Assembly: GCA_019358935.1 (NCBI GenBank)
Contig: JAHHIK010000053.1
Location: 1-56,399 of the forward strand
Direction: 5' to 3'
Source of the DNA: Tolypothrix carrinoi HA7290-LM1
Lineage (GTDB): Bacteria; Cyanobacteriota; Cyanobacteriia; Cyanobacteriales; Nostocaceae
DNA: 56,399 nucleotides
In this document: piece after piece, positions 42,765-53,786 of the stretch
Numbering within the stretch: the first letter of the stretch is position 1
Layout of the letters: each line of letters opens with the position of its first letter
Notes under the pieces: generated by a model
The model's database searches: none
What the model saw: the letters and a program-made list of their open reading frames with translations, nothing else
What the model was told of the DNA's origin: nothing
Position numbers and translations under genes: made by a program

Positions 42765-45266
42765 CTAAACAAAACGACCGCTCGACTGTTTGCGTCGAAT
42801 CCCAATCACGCCAGGACGCGGTGGTCCTTGAGGATTGCCCTCAAGATTACTGGGCCAGTTACTGCCACGGGGTAGACTGCGTTTTTGAGTAAACAGAGTG
42901 CCATCCAAGTTCAACATCTCAATATCTCGGCTGAGAATTTGCTGAGGGGTGAATGGAGACTCTTCACCTGGGTGCTGCACGGAAATAATCAGAGTATCCC
43001 CGACGAAAGTAGGTCCGGTCATTTCGCAGCGTGGTGGTCCATAAGCAAAAGGTACAATTTCCCCAGCATCAGGACCACTGGTAGGAATAAAGAACAGCCA
43101 GTTATTGCCAAAAACTCCAATCAGGCTAGAAGTCGCAACATTGAAATTAGAATCATCCTGACTGGGCGAGTTAGCACCTACAACCCTGTGGTCTATCCGT
43201 AATGGTTCTGGGTTAGCACCTGTGGTGAAACCATTGTGAGCTTCAGTAGACATATCAGTGACGCCCCAAATGTTTCCCTGACTATCAAATGCCAAGTTAT
43301 CTACATTGGCAAAGCCACTTCCGGGTTCTGCCCCTGCTTCTCCACCTTTAGCAAATCGCTGCCAACGAAAGGTTGTACCTGTGCCATCGGCGCTATCTTC
43401 GGTAATTTTAAACAGTTCTCCTGAAGGCTGTGCCGCGTTGACGGCAGAACTGTATTTGGAAACGATAAAGATTCGAGAATCCGGATATCCATCTCCTGAT
43501 GCAGCACCATCTGTGTAAGCGATAAAGACTTCATTAGGATTTCTGGGGTTGATTTCCAAATCTTCAGGACGAGCAGTAGGTGTTGCTCCGGCGAGATTGG
43601 CAGCTAAAAAAGCATCAACCAGCACCGCACCCTGACTGGTGTAGAAATCTGATAGTTTCTTACCTTGGTAGGCGCTCAAAGCTTCCGCTTCACCGTAAGA
43701 GGTAACAGCCCCGGTTGTGGAATTAGTAACTTGGGTAATTGTGACAACAATTGACCCGCCATTTGCAGTTTGTCCTGCAATACCACTGCGCCTTGGTAGA
43801 CGGGTATTACCATTATTAGAAGCCCTGCCTAATGCTGCAAGTTCCACAGAGGCAAGAGTTGATGGTGGAATCGGATTGGTAGGGGTATCTAAGTTTAAGG
43901 GAATCCATTCGCCCGTACCGTCAGAATTGTAACGAGCGAAATACAAAGTACCTTCTTCAAATAAGCGGCTGTTGCTTTTATCAGTAGGAGAAGTGACTGT
44001 ACCAGAACTGACAAACTTCCAGGTGTGTCCGCCGCGTCGGTCATCACCCAAGTAGCTTATTAATGGTCTTCCAGCTTCCGCACGCACAGCGATATTTTCA
44101 TGGCGGTAGCGACCCATAGAAGTGTGTTTGCGCGGGCGGAAAGAAGGGTCTGCTGGGTCGATTTCCACCATCCAGCCGTATTTTTCGCCTACCAAGCCAA
44201 ATGCAGCCCCCGTGGTGCCAGCAATGTAACTTGTTTGGGTGCCGTTGGCGTTGACTAATTCCTGAACTCCCACAAAAGAGCTTGCACTGCCTTGGAAGTT
44301 CTCTTCAGCAGTCAAGATGGTTCCCCAAGGAGTTGTACCACCAGAACAGTTGTATCCAGTACCGATGATTTTATTACCCAGTCCGTCAGAACTGAGATTA
44401 AAGACTTGGGTAGCAGCTGGTCCAGTGCCAATTAGATAATTGTCGTCTCCTTTTTGGTAGCTCAAAGAACCCCAAGCGGTGACGTTTTTATAAGCATCAC
44501 TACGTTGGCTGTTGATCCCTAAACCTGAAAGTCCGTGGATGCGTCGATTGTTGGGGTCACGCACAACACTAAAGCGTCCAGCGCGGTGAGACCAGCCCCC
44601 GTCTTGGCGGTCTCCGTCACGATGGGGGACTGGCGAACCCGAAGGGTCTTTGCGGGAAATCCGCACGACAGAACCGCCGACGTTATACATGAATTCACCC
44701 AAGACTTCGATATTCGTTTTGTCTTCTGGTAAATTTCGTCCAATGACTACAGAGTAAGATGTGGGGAATCCATCTAAACCGCTGTCAGTTGTGAAACCGG
44801 GTACAGTCGTAGAAAATGGGTAAGAGATGTATTCGTGATTGTTCCAAAGGTAGCCGTCGTTGGGACTTCTGCCATCGATGGGAATAAAGCTGGTGTAGTC
44901 GCTGTTGTAACCAAAGTAATCTTCTTGGTTGGGGAAGACGCGATCGCCCCAACTCACAATTACATACCGTTCATATTCCGGTGGTACTACAACGTCATCT
45001 AGTATGGTGTAGCTACTCAACCGTGCATCAAGAGACGCTTCTAATACGTCTCCTTGCTCAATTCCTGTTGGTAAGTAGCTCTTTTGCTGCGTGTAAATCG
45101 GTAAAGGATGAGGTAAACGCACCGGAGTAAATTTCAGGGGTTCAACCGCATCAGCAATGCCAAGATTGCTGCCAAACGGTTTTTTCCCAAAAGCAGGAGC
45201 CAGCACAGCCGCACCAGCACTCGCTCCAAAGAAAGCGAGTAGCTGCCTACGTGAAAATTTAGACAT
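42765..45266 (-). CDS. phoX: PhoX-family (DUF839) Tat-exported alkaline phosphatase
   Basis: SRRQLL Tat signal, NHEY, NCSGGTTPWGTILTAEENF, GRYRHEN, RPED, VDN, CEMTGP, VQHPGE. Confidence 0.9.
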   Translation of the reverse strand: MSKFSRRQLLAFFGASAGAAVLAPAFGKKPFGSNLGIADAVEPLKFTPVRLPHPLPIYTQQKSYLPTGIEQGDVLEASLDARLSSYTILDDVVVPPEYERYVIVSWGDRVFPNQEDYFGYNSDYTSFIPIDGRSPNDGYLWNNHEYISYPFSTTVPGFTTDSGLDGFPTSYSVVIGRNLPEDKTNIEVLGEFMYNVGGSVVRISRKDPSGSPVPHRDGDRQDGGWSHRAGRFSVVRDPNNRRIHGLSGLGINSQRSDAYKNVTAWGSLSYQKGDDNYLIGTGPAATQVFNLSSDGLGNKIIGTGYNCSGGTTPWGTILTAEENFQGSASSFVGVQELVNANGTQTSYIAGTTGAAFGLVGEKYGWMVEIDPADPSFRPRKHTSMGRYRHENIAVRAEAGRPLISYLGDDRRGGHTWKFVSSGTVTSPTDKSNSRLFEEGTLYFARYNSDGTGEWIPLNLDTPTNPIPPSTLASVELAALGRASNNGNTRLPRRSGIAGQTANGGSIVVTITQVTNSTTGAVTSYGEAEALSAYQGKKLSDFYTSQGAVLVDAFLAANLAGATPTARPEDLEINPRNPNEVFIAYTDGAASGDGYPDSRIFIVSKYSSAVNAAQPSGELFKITEDSADGTGTTFRWQRFAKGGEAGAEPGSGFANVDNLAFDSQGNIWGVTDMSTEAHNGFTTGANPEPLRIDHRVVGANSPSQDDSNFNVATSSLIGVFGNNWLFFIPTSGPDAGEIVPFAYGPPRCEMTGPTFVGDTLIISVQHPGEESPFTPQQILSRDIEMLNLDGTLFTQKRSLPRGSNWPSNLEGNPQGPPRPGVIGIRRKQSSGRFV

Positions 45267-45704
45267 TGGACTGCCTCTTAATAGTAATAGATAGAATCAT
45301 TAGCCTAAAAATCATTTTTGCTATCCATCGTTGGGATTTTTCATAGCAAATATTCACCCGAAAAAGGGTAATTTATCTGCATTTTATAAACAGATATACC
45401 CCACCAAAATTAAGGATAGTTTATCTTCATTAATTACTAAATCATATTGATTCGATTTCTAAATATATCATCTATCAATTAAATTTATAACTGATTTAGC
45501 ATTGATTTTTCTAGGTTTTACCGTTTTTTATCGAGTAATTAATATTATGTTAACCTGGAAATTAATTATATTGATTCTTTTACCAATTCTTATTGTCTAA
45601 TTAATATGCTGTTAACCTTTGTATTATCCAATTGAGGGTATACGTAAACAAAAAAATATTTATCAATCAAATTACAGTAGTTATCAATAAATAAGGAGTA
45701 ACGA

Positions 45705-46490
45705 ATGAAGAGAGTTTTTTCCACTGCTATTGCCGTAGTCGCAAGTTTGATACCTACTACCGCTAAAGCTGCTATTATCAATGGTGGCTTTGAAAATGGT
45801 TTTGACGGTTGGCAAAAATTAGGTGACTACAGATTAGAAACTTCAGCTTTTGGCAGCAAGATAGTAGAAGGAAGCGTTCAAGCTTTTCTATCAACTGCTT
45901 TCAAAGAAGTTATTGGGGTTGATGGAAATGGAAAAGAAATTCTAGGAGGAAATGCAGCTCCTGCCACTTATATTACTGGTGTTGCTGAAAATTCTTTAGA
46001 GGGATTTTTGGGTGTATCGCAATTCTTTGGAGATAACTTTCTAGCTGACGCAACTGAGGGTTCTGCTATTAAGCAAACTTTTACGGGAAAAGCAGGACAA
46101 ACTTTATCGTTTGCTTGGAACTTCCTTACTAATGAATCGGTTGGCACTAATGCCAATCCTGATTTTAATGATTTTGCTTTCGCAACTGTTAGTAATAACT
46201 CTCAAAACTCGTTTTTCAAACTAGCTGATACCACCACAAATTTTTTGGCTAACGGTTCCAAAACCAGCTTTTTTGAAGAAACGGGATTTAAAACTTTTTC
46301 CTACACTCTGCCAACTGATGGAGAATACACTTTAGGTTTTGGAGTTGTCGATGTAGGTGAACCAACTGTTATTTCCGGGTTACTTGTTGATAAGGTGCAA
46401 GCTGTTCCGGAAACAAGTTCAACAGTTGGTTTGTTATTTTTAGGAATGGGAGCAGTTTCTGTGCTAAAGCGCAGACAAAAAAATGGGTAA
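45705..46490 (+). CDS. PEP-CTERM sorting-domain surface protein
   Basis: Signal peptide, INGGFE, C-terminal VPETSSTVGLLFLGMGAVSVLKRRQ. Confidence 0.85.
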   Translation: MKRVFSTAIAVVASLIPTTAKAAIINGGFENGFDGWQKLGDYRLETSAFGSKIVEGSVQAFLSTAFKEVIGVDGNGKEILGGNAAPATYITGVAENSLEGFLGVSQFFGDNFLADATEGSAIKQTFTGKAGQTLSFAWNFLTNESVGTNANPDFNDFAFATVSNNSQNSFFKLADTTTNFLANGSKTSFFEETGFKTFSYTLPTDGEYTLGFGVVDVGEPTVISGLLVDKVQAVPETSSTVGLLFLGMGAVSVLKRRQKNG

Positions 46491-46673
46491 TGGGTAATGG
46501 GGAATGGGGAATGGGTAATGGGTAATGGGTAATGGGTAATGGGAAAAATTATGTTACTACGTTTCCAGTAGTAGATTTAGGGGGAACCTACAATTTAAAT
46601 TTATTAACATAGTTAGAAATATTCACACCGTTCTACTTATCTTTGAATAACACTTAAACTAGTCTGGTGGATC

Positions 46674-48296
46674 TCAATATGGTTTATCGTACTCTACTTG
46701 ACCGTAGTCGAGTTTGATGATTCGGTCTGCCAGATGAAAATAGCGATCGTCATGGCTAATTACTAATACTGTTTTGCCTCGATCGCGCAAATTTTGTAAC
46801 AGTTGGGTGTAGAATATCTCTTTGAAAACTGGGTCTTGGTCGGCTGCCCATTCATCAAATAGATAAATCGGTCTATCTTCTAAGTATGCTGTGAGCAAAG
46901 CAAGTCTTTTACGCTGTCCTTGAGAAAGATTGGTGGTGGAAAGTTTGCCATTCTCAATTTTAACTTTGTGATCGAGTTGCAATAACTTCAAATATTCTTG
47001 CGCTTGAATATCTAAGTGAATATTTTCTAACCCTAAAAGCGTGTCGAATAAATAGAAGTCGGAGAACACGACAGAAAAATGTTGCCGATACCACTCTCGA
47101 TTCTGTTCGTTAATTAACTCGCCATCTAAAGCAATTTCGCCGGCTTCGGGGATGTAAAGTCCGGTGATGAGTTTGGCTAAAGTCGATTTACCGCTACCGT
47201 TACCGCCAACAATAAACACTAATTCTTGCGGATAAAATGTCAGATTAATCGGACCAAGGATAAAGTTGCTATCTTCAGTGTCTGAGCGGAAAGTGTGGGT
47301 AACACCGATAAGTTCTAAGCTACGCCAATCAGACTTAATTGTAGGTGGATTTGTTGATATTTCCGCTCGATTAGTTAAAAATAAACCGAGAGATTCTATC
47401 TTTTGTAATGCAATGCTAGCTTTGCTAATTTGGGGAAGGCTGCTAACAATATTTTCCATTGGCAACATCAAATATGTAAAAGTTAAGATGTAGCCAGAGA
47501 GTGTTTGGGGACTGATGGTAAAAAGATTAGGAAGTGCGAATAATATAAAACCAATTGAGAAAAAAAACAGCAGTCTCCCCCAACTGGAAGTTGTGGCGAA
47601 AAAAGTTAAACCGTTAACATTGTGGTGACGAAATGTGGTAGCTGTTGATTCGAGTTGTTGGGTAAGAAAGACTTGACGCCGTTTGTAGTTTAGCTTGAGT
47701 TCTTTGATTCCTTGGGTAATGGTGCCCAAATGTTTAAATAGCAAATCTTGATCGTCACGCGCAAGAGCGAGAAAATGTCTTCCTCTTTTCAACAGCCACT
47801 GACAACTAGCGATCGCTACTACCGCAAATCCGACAACCATCAGCAATACTTGCCACGAAAGCCAAGTTATGTATAGCAAGCAACCGCAAACGATGGCAAT
47901 ATCAACGCAGAAAAAAGGAAGCTTCTGAACAGCATTCGCAACTGCTTGAACATCCTCGGTGAGGGTGGCTAATAATCGCGGATTTCCCAACTTTTCTAGA
48001 TGACTTAACTCAGAAGCGAGAAGTTGACGACTCAAACGCATCCGTAATTGTAAAACTGCATCCTCAGATAAGCGAATCAGCATCACTTGAGAAATGATAC
48101 TGGTAATCAAAGCAACCATCGCCAGCCCGACAAAACCCCAGGCGATCGCACTGAGGCGCGATGTGGCATCATTACTGGTAGCACGACTAATTAAGGCAAT
48201 CAGGCTAGCACTACTACCTCCACTCAGTAAACCGGTGGTGATGGCGATCGCTACCATTCCCCAAGAAGAACGCAGAAGAAAGGAAATCAAATTCAT
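46674..48296 (-). CDS. Cyclic peptide export ABC transporter (PvdE/SyrD/YojI family)
   Basis: GIKELKL, GGNGSGKST, LSQGQRKRLAL, DEWAADQDP, ISHDD. The upstream extension in the ORF track is repeat-derived. Confidence 0.92.
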   Translation of the reverse strand: MNLISFLLRSSWGMVAIAITTGLLSGGSSASLIALISRATSNDATSRLSAIAWGFVGLAMVALITSIISQVMLIRLSEDAVLQLRMRLSRQLLASELSHLEKLGNPRLLATLTEDVQAVANAVQKLPFFCVDIAIVCGCLLYITWLSWQVLLMVVGFAVVAIASCQWLLKRGRHFLALARDDQDLLFKHLGTITQGIKELKLNYKRRQVFLTQQLESTATTFRHHNVNGLTFFATTSSWGRLLFFFSIGFILFALPNLFTISPQTLSGYILTFTYLMLPMENIVSSLPQISKASIALQKIESLGLFLTNRAEISTNPPTIKSDWRSLELIGVTHTFRSDTEDSNFILGPINLTFYPQELVFIVGGNGSGKSTLAKLITGLYIPEAGEIALDGELINEQNREWYRQHFSVVFSDFYLFDTLLGLENIHLDIQAQEYLKLLQLDHKVKIENGKLSTTNLSQGQRKRLALLTAYLEDRPIYLFDEWAADQDPVFKEIFYTQLLQNLRDRGKTVLVISHDDRYFHLADRIIKLDYGQVEYDKPY

Positions 48297-48633
48297 GATT
48301 GATTTGGGCACTGGGCATTGGGCATGGGGCATGGGGCATTGGGCATGGGGCATTGGGCATGGGGCATTGGGCATTGGGGAGGCAGTGCGGTCTTGGGGTC
48401 TCCCCAAGTGGAGCATCTGCCGTCATTGGGCATGGGGCATTGGGCATTGGGCATGGACAGACGTTATTTTACCTTCTGCTTTCTACCTTCTGCATAGCTG
48501 CCTCCTGCATAGCTGCCTTTACAAGCTTGATACTTCTTTATTTATGGTTCTATATTGTCTCTTAGCGGTAAGCTAGTGCAAATTAGATCGTAGTTTTTAA
48601 TCCCAAATCTAAAATCTAAAATCTAAAATTGGT

Positions 48634-50283
48634 ATGACTGTTAATCTCAAATCTTTGGAAAAGCTAATTTCTGTAGGGGAATTGCCATCCGCTACTAATA
48701 AAAGAACTTCTTACGTTCCCTTGCATCATCGAAATATTCTGTGTATATTTCCCAAGTACAGCCGCTCGTTTGGTACTTTTCATCACGCTTACCCGCTTAT
48801 GGGTAATGTTAAGGCTTTCATGCCGCCGCAAGGTATTTTAATTGTGGCTGCTTATTTACCCGAAAAGTGGAATGTGCGCTTTATTGATGAGAATATCAAT
48901 GAAGCTAACAAGAGTGATTATCAGTGGGCAGATGTGGTAATTGTCAGCGGAATGCACATTCAGCAACCACATATTAATAAGATTAATGAACTTGCCCATA
49001 AAGAAGGTAAAATCACAGTTGTCGGGGGACCTTCGGTTTCTGGTTGTCCAGAATATTATCCGGATTTTGATATTTTAAATCTGGGTGAATTGGGAGATGC
49101 AACCGATCGCATGATTGCATATCTCGACGAAAACAGCGATCGCCCAAGCGAGCAAATTCGCTTTGAAACTAAGGAGCGTTTACCTTTAAGCGAATTTCCT
49201 ACCCCAGCTTATCACTTGCTGAATCTGAATGATTATTTTTTAGCAAATGTGCAATTTTCTAGTGGTTGTCCTTATCGCTGCGAGTTCTGCGATATTCCGG
49301 AATTGTATGGACGCAATCCTCGCATGAAAACGCCTGAGCAAGTGATTGCCGAATTGGATATGATGTTGCAATGCGGGAATCCGGGATCGGTGTATTTTGT
49401 CGATGATAACTTTGTAGGCGATCGCCGCGCCGCTATGCAACTGCTTCCACACTTGATAGACTGGCAAAAGCGCAACGGCTATCCGCTGCAATTTGCTTGT
49501 GAAGCTACACTCAATTTGGCTCAAAGTCCCAAGCTTTTAGAAATGATGCGCGAAGCTTATTTTTGCACAGTTTTCTGTGGCATTGAAACACCAGAAACTG
49601 ATGCTTTGCAAGCTATTTCTAAAACGCATAATTTGAGTATGCCGATTTTGGAAGCGGTGAAAGTTTTAAATAGTTATGGTATGGAAGTTGTATCCGGGAT
49701 CATCATCGGCTTTGATACAGATACACCAGAAACCGCAGACAGAATTATCGAATTTATTCGGATTTCGCAAATTCCTGTATTGACAATTAACCTGCTTCAT
49801 GCTTTACCCAAAACACCATTATGGCGCAGGTTAGAACAAGAAAAAAGACTAGTTTTTGATGAAAATCGGGAATCGAATATCGAGTATTTAATGCCTTACG
49901 AGCAAGTAGTAGAAATGTGGCGACGCTGCATTTCTACAGCATATGAACCGGAATTTTTATATGAACGGTTTGCTTATAATATGGTGCATACCTTCCCCAA
50001 CCGGATTAAGGTTCCTAATAGTCCGGCTCGGACTTCTTGGGCAAATATCCGCAAAGGTTTAACTTATTTCAGCAACATTTTATTGCGGGTAGGTGTGTTT
50101 GGTGACTATCGCTCTACTTTTTGGAAAATGGCAAAACCAGCATTGAAATCAGGTAATATAGAAGACTTGATTCACGTAGGACTGGTCGGACACCATCTAA
50201 TTAAGTTTGCCCAAGAGTGCGTTAACAACGAAGAATCGGCTTCGTTTTACTCCCAAAAAATACGCACCAAAATTAATAGCTAA
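48634..50283 (+). CDS. hpnP: Hopanoid C-2 methylase (B12-binding radical SAM)
   Basis: ILCIFPKYSRSFGTFHHAYPLM, AFMPPQG, SGMHIQ, GELGDAT, CPYRCEFC. Confidence 0.85.
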   Translation: MTVNLKSLEKLISVGELPSATNKRTSYVPLHHRNILCIFPKYSRSFGTFHHAYPLMGNVKAFMPPQGILIVAAYLPEKWNVRFIDENINEANKSDYQWADVVIVSGMHIQQPHINKINELAHKEGKITVVGGPSVSGCPEYYPDFDILNLGELGDATDRMIAYLDENSDRPSEQIRFETKERLPLSEFPTPAYHLLNLNDYFLANVQFSSGCPYRCEFCDIPELYGRNPRMKTPEQVIAELDMMLQCGNPGSVYFVDDNFVGDRRAAMQLLPHLIDWQKRNGYPLQFACEATLNLAQSPKLLEMMREAYFCTVFCGIETPETDALQAISKTHNLSMPILEAVKVLNSYGMEVVSGIIIGFDTDTPETADRIIEFIRISQIPVLTINLLHALPKTPLWRRLEQEKRLVFDENRESNIEYLMPYEQVVEMWRRCISTAYEPEFLYERFAYNMVHTFPNRIKVPNSPARTSWANIRKGLTYFSNILLRVGVFGDYRSTFWKMAKPALKSGNIEDLIHVGLVGHHLIKFAQECVNNEESASFYSQKIRTKINS

Positions 50284-50352
50284 CTACAAAGGTATGAATA
50301 CAGAATAACAAGTGTTAAGTAAAAGCTCTGAATTATATAAGGAGATATTTCT

Positions 50353-51822
50353 GTGAAGAAAACTTTGTTTCTTAGTCCTCCTTCCTTCGATGGGTTTGAT
50401 GGTGGTGCAGGTTCTCGATACCAGGCAAAGCGCGAAATTACCTCTTTTTGGTATCCTACATGGCTGGCGCAACCTGCTGCCCTTGTGCCTGGTAGCAAGC
50501 TTGTGGATGCACCACCACACAATCAAACTGTGGAAGATGTGCTGAAAATTGCTTCGGATTACGAGTTAATTATCATGCACACCAGCACGCCTTCGCTGCT
50601 TAATGATGTGAAGTGTGCTGAGGCTATCAAAGCGCAAAAGCCGGATACACAGATTGGCTTAATTGGCGCACACGTAGCAGTATTACCAGATGTAACCCTA
50701 CGTGAAAATCCGATTATCGACTTTGTATGTCGTCACGAATTTGACTACACCTGTAAAGAACTAGCGTCAGGTAAAGCTTGGGATGAAATCAAGGGACTCA
50801 GCTACCGCGACAATAGCGGAAATATACATCACAACGAAGACCGCCCATTGATTCACGATTGGGATGCTATGCCTAGTGTATTGCCTGTGTACGCACGGGA
50901 TTTGGATATTACAAAATATTTTATCGGCTATCTGCTCCACCCTTACATTTCTTTTTACACTGGGCGCGGGTGTCCGGCAAAATGCACGTTTTGCCTTTGG
51001 CCCCAAACGATTGGCGGTCACATGTATCGCACTAAAAGCCCGGAAGCAGTAGGACGGGAGATGGAAGAAGCGAAAGCTATTTTTGGCGATCGCGTGCGGG
51101 AATATATGTTTGATGATGACACTTTTACAATTGACAAACAACGAGCGATCGCCATCAGCAAACACATGAAGCGACTCAAGCTGACTTGGAGTTGCAACGC
51201 CCGCGCTAACTTAGATTATGATACTCTCAAAGAACTGCGTGACAACGGCTTGCGCCTACTATTGGTAGGATTTGAATCCGGCAATCAGCAAGTATTAGAC
51301 GGCATTAAAAAAGGCATCAAGTTGGAAGTAGCCCGAAAGTTTATGGAAAATTGCCATAAACTCGGCATTACCGTACACGGTACATTTATCATTGGTTTGC
51401 CCAACGAAAACCAGCAGACAATTGAAGAAACAATTCGCTTCGCTTGCGATATTAGTCCGCATACAATTCAGGTTTCAATTGCTGCCCCCTATCCTGGGAC
51501 AGAACTTTATCAACAAGCGCAGGAAAATAATTGGTTTAGCGATACTTCCTTAGTTGCTAATTCAGGGATTCAAATGTCAACACTGCAATATCCAAATCTT
51601 GCCGGCGCGGAAATTGAAGATGCAGTTGAAAGGATGTACCGACGCTTTTACTTTCGTCCTCAAGCTATCATCCCGATTGTCGGTGAAATGCTGAGTGACC
51701 CTCAAATGTTAATACGTCGTCTGCGTGAGGGGCGTGAGTTTTTCTCTTACCTAAAAGACCGTCGCAGCCAAGGAACTGCGAAAACCCAATCAGTCTTGCC
51801 AAGGACTAAAGTCCCTGGCTAA
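50353..51822 (+). CDS. hpnJ: Hopanoid biosynthesis-associated radical SAM protein
   Basis: PPSFDGFDGGAGSRYQAKREITSFWYPTWLAQPAA; CPAKCTFCLWPQT. Confidence 0.92.
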   Translation: MKKTLFLSPPSFDGFDGGAGSRYQAKREITSFWYPTWLAQPAALVPGSKLVDAPPHNQTVEDVLKIASDYELIIMHTSTPSLLNDVKCAEAIKAQKPDTQIGLIGAHVAVLPDVTLRENPIIDFVCRHEFDYTCKELASGKAWDEIKGLSYRDNSGNIHHNEDRPLIHDWDAMPSVLPVYARDLDITKYFIGYLLHPYISFYTGRGCPAKCTFCLWPQTIGGHMYRTKSPEAVGREMEEAKAIFGDRVREYMFDDDTFTIDKQRAIAISKHMKRLKLTWSCNARANLDYDTLKELRDNGLRLLLVGFESGNQQVLDGIKKGIKLEVARKFMENCHKLGITVHGTFIIGLPNENQQTIEETIRFACDISPHTIQVSIAAPYPGTELYQQAQENNWFSDTSLVANSGIQMSTLQYPNLAGAEIEDAVERMYRRFYFRPQAIIPIVGEMLSDPQMLIRRLREGREFFSYLKDRRSQGTAKTQSVLPRTKVPG

Positions 51823-51925
51823 TAGCTTAAGTCGGATTAATCCGACTGTAATTATCTAGACGGAATGTGCGCTGCAAAATGAGCCTGTAACATAATGTGC
51901 GCAAGTCTAAAATTCCAAATATAAA

Positions 51926-53119
51926 ATGGCATCAGATTATTGGGCTGCGATCGCCTTGGGGATCAACTTGCTATTGTTGATTGTGTGCCTCGCGGCAATT
52001 TGCTATTACTGCTATGGGATCTATGCGGCAATTGAGTTTTTTTCCCATGAGACACAAATTGATCCCAACTTCCATCCACCGATTACTATCCTCAAGCCAA
52101 TTTGCGGTCTTGATATCGATACTTACGAAAATTTTGCCTCATTCTGTAAACAAGATTACCCAGAGTACCAAATCATCTTTGGTGTGCGGGATGGAAATGA
52201 CCCAAGTGTGCAAGTTGTCAAGAAAATTATCGAGGACTTCCCAGAAATTGATATTAGTCTGGTTATAAGCGATCGCACAATTGGTACTAATTTAAAAGTT
52301 AGTAATTTAGCCAACGCTGAAGCAGAGGCAAAGTATTCGCTTTTATTGCTTGCAGATAGCGATGTTCGCGTCGGACGAGATTATTTGCAACGAGTCATCC
52401 AGCCGATGCGCGATCCTGAGGTGGGTGTTGTTACCTGTTTGTATCGTCCCTTTGTTCGCGGGTGGGTGGCTATTCTCGAAGCCGTCGGCATATCGACTGA
52501 GTACCATGCTAGTATTTTAGTCGCCAGATCGTTGGAAGGAATGAACTTTGCCCTCGGTCCTTCAATCGCTATTCGTAAAAGTGTCTTAGAAGCGATCGGC
52601 GGATTTGTCGCAATTGCCGATTATTTGGCAGACGATTTTCAACTTGGCTATTTACCTACACAAGTTGGCTATAAGGTGGTGCTTTCTGACTATATTATTG
52701 ACCATGCGATCGCCACAGTTAGCTTGCTTGATTTAATTCATCGTCAGAAACGCTGGAATTGCTGCACGCGAGTTTCTCGACCTTGGGGTTATCTGGGGCT
52801 AATCTTTACCCACGGCACAGCCATGAGTTTATTATTCTTAATCGCCACAGCCGGGTCGATTTTCGGTTGGGCGATCGCCCTTTTAACCTTAAGCATCAGA
52901 TTAATCATGGCATGGGTCGTTGGAGTCAAGAGTCTCAAAGATCCAGTCGCAAGCAAGTTTTTGTGGTTAGTGCCTTTACGCGATATTATCACCTTTGCAA
53001 TTTGGTGCTATGGCTTTTTTGGCAGCACAATTGAGTGGCGGGGGCAACGATTGCAGTTAACTAAAGATGGAAAACTAGTAGCGATCGCTGTTGGCGTTGC
53101 AAAAGTCATGCCAAGTTAA
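51926..53119 (+). CDS. hpnI: Bacteriohopanetetrol glucosamine glycosyltransferase (GT2)
   Basis: ILKPICG, GTNLKVSNL, DSDVRV, LADDFQLG, QKRW; adjacent to hpnJ. Confidence 0.88.
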   Translation: MASDYWAAIALGINLLLLIVCLAAICYYCYGIYAAIEFFSHETQIDPNFHPPITILKPICGLDIDTYENFASFCKQDYPEYQIIFGVRDGNDPSVQVVKKIIEDFPEIDISLVISDRTIGTNLKVSNLANAEAEAKYSLLLLADSDVRVGRDYLQRVIQPMRDPEVGVVTCLYRPFVRGWVAILEAVGISTEYHASILVARSLEGMNFALGPSIAIRKSVLEAIGGFVAIADYLADDFQLGYLPTQVGYKVVLSDYIIDHAIATVSLLDLIHRQKRWNCCTRVSRPWGYLGLIFTHGTAMSLLFLIATAGSIFGWAIALLTLSIRLIMAWVVGVKSLKDPVASKFLWLVPLRDIITFAIWCYGFFGSTIEWRGQRLQLTKDGKLVAIAVGVAKVMPS

Positions 53120-53172
53120 CTAGTACAATGTTATACACTTTCAAAGACCACAAATTAATCAAATAAACATCT

Positions 53173-53766
53173 ATGACCAAAAAGGCTTGGGATGCCCAGC
53201 TTGCTTACTGGCTAGTTAGACCGCTAAAAGACACTTGGGTAAACCCGAATCATCTTACCACAGTGCGGCTGGTGACAGGGTTGGCGGCGGCTGTGGCTGT
53301 TGCAAATGCAAACTGGGCTAACATCGGCGCTTGGTTGTTTGCTTTATCGAACTTTCTCGATCATACTGATGGGGAATTGGCGCGGCTAAGTGGCAAAATC
53401 AGTTTAGGGGGTCATCAGTATGACCTTGTTAGTGATGCGATTATCCACATTCTCTTGTTCGTGGGGATCGGGTATGGTTTGATGAACAGCGAACTGAGTT
53501 ATTGGGCATTGGTGATGGGGATCGTATCTGGGGTATCTGTTGCTTGCATCTTCCACTTGCGAAATGAGATGGAACAGCAATTGGGTAAAGACGCCACCCA
53601 GCAACCGAATTTTGCAGGCTTCGATATCGAAGATGTGCTGTATTTGTTTCCAATAGTCACTCTGCTGGGTGGACTTAAGCTGTTATTAATTGCAGCAGCG
53701 ATTGGTGCGCCAACTTTTGCCGTGTGGGTAATTTGGCAATTCCGCGTTTACTCATTGCGTTCTTGA
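53173..53766 (+). CDS. CDP-alcohol phosphatidyltransferase family protein
   Basis: PNHLT, DHTDGELAR, GHQYDLVSD signature. Confidence 0.9.
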   Translation: MTKKAWDAQLAYWLVRPLKDTWVNPNHLTTVRLVTGLAAAVAVANANWANIGAWLFALSNFLDHTDGELARLSGKISLGGHQYDLVSDAIIHILLFVGIGYGLMNSELSYWALVMGIVSGVSVACIFHLRNEMEQQLGKDATQQPNFAGFDIEDVLYLFPIVTLLGGLKLLLIAAAIGAPTFAVWVIWQFRVYSLRS

Positions 53767-53786
53767 TATTTATTTAAGCATTATTT

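Noticed and set aside
45515..45560. Pho box (TTAACCT-like half-sites)
   Set aside because: Only one good half-site and irregular spacing in AT-rich DNA.
48297..48576. N-terminal extension of the ABC exporter and overlapping + strand ORFs
   Set aside because: Derived from the (TGGGCAT)n array.
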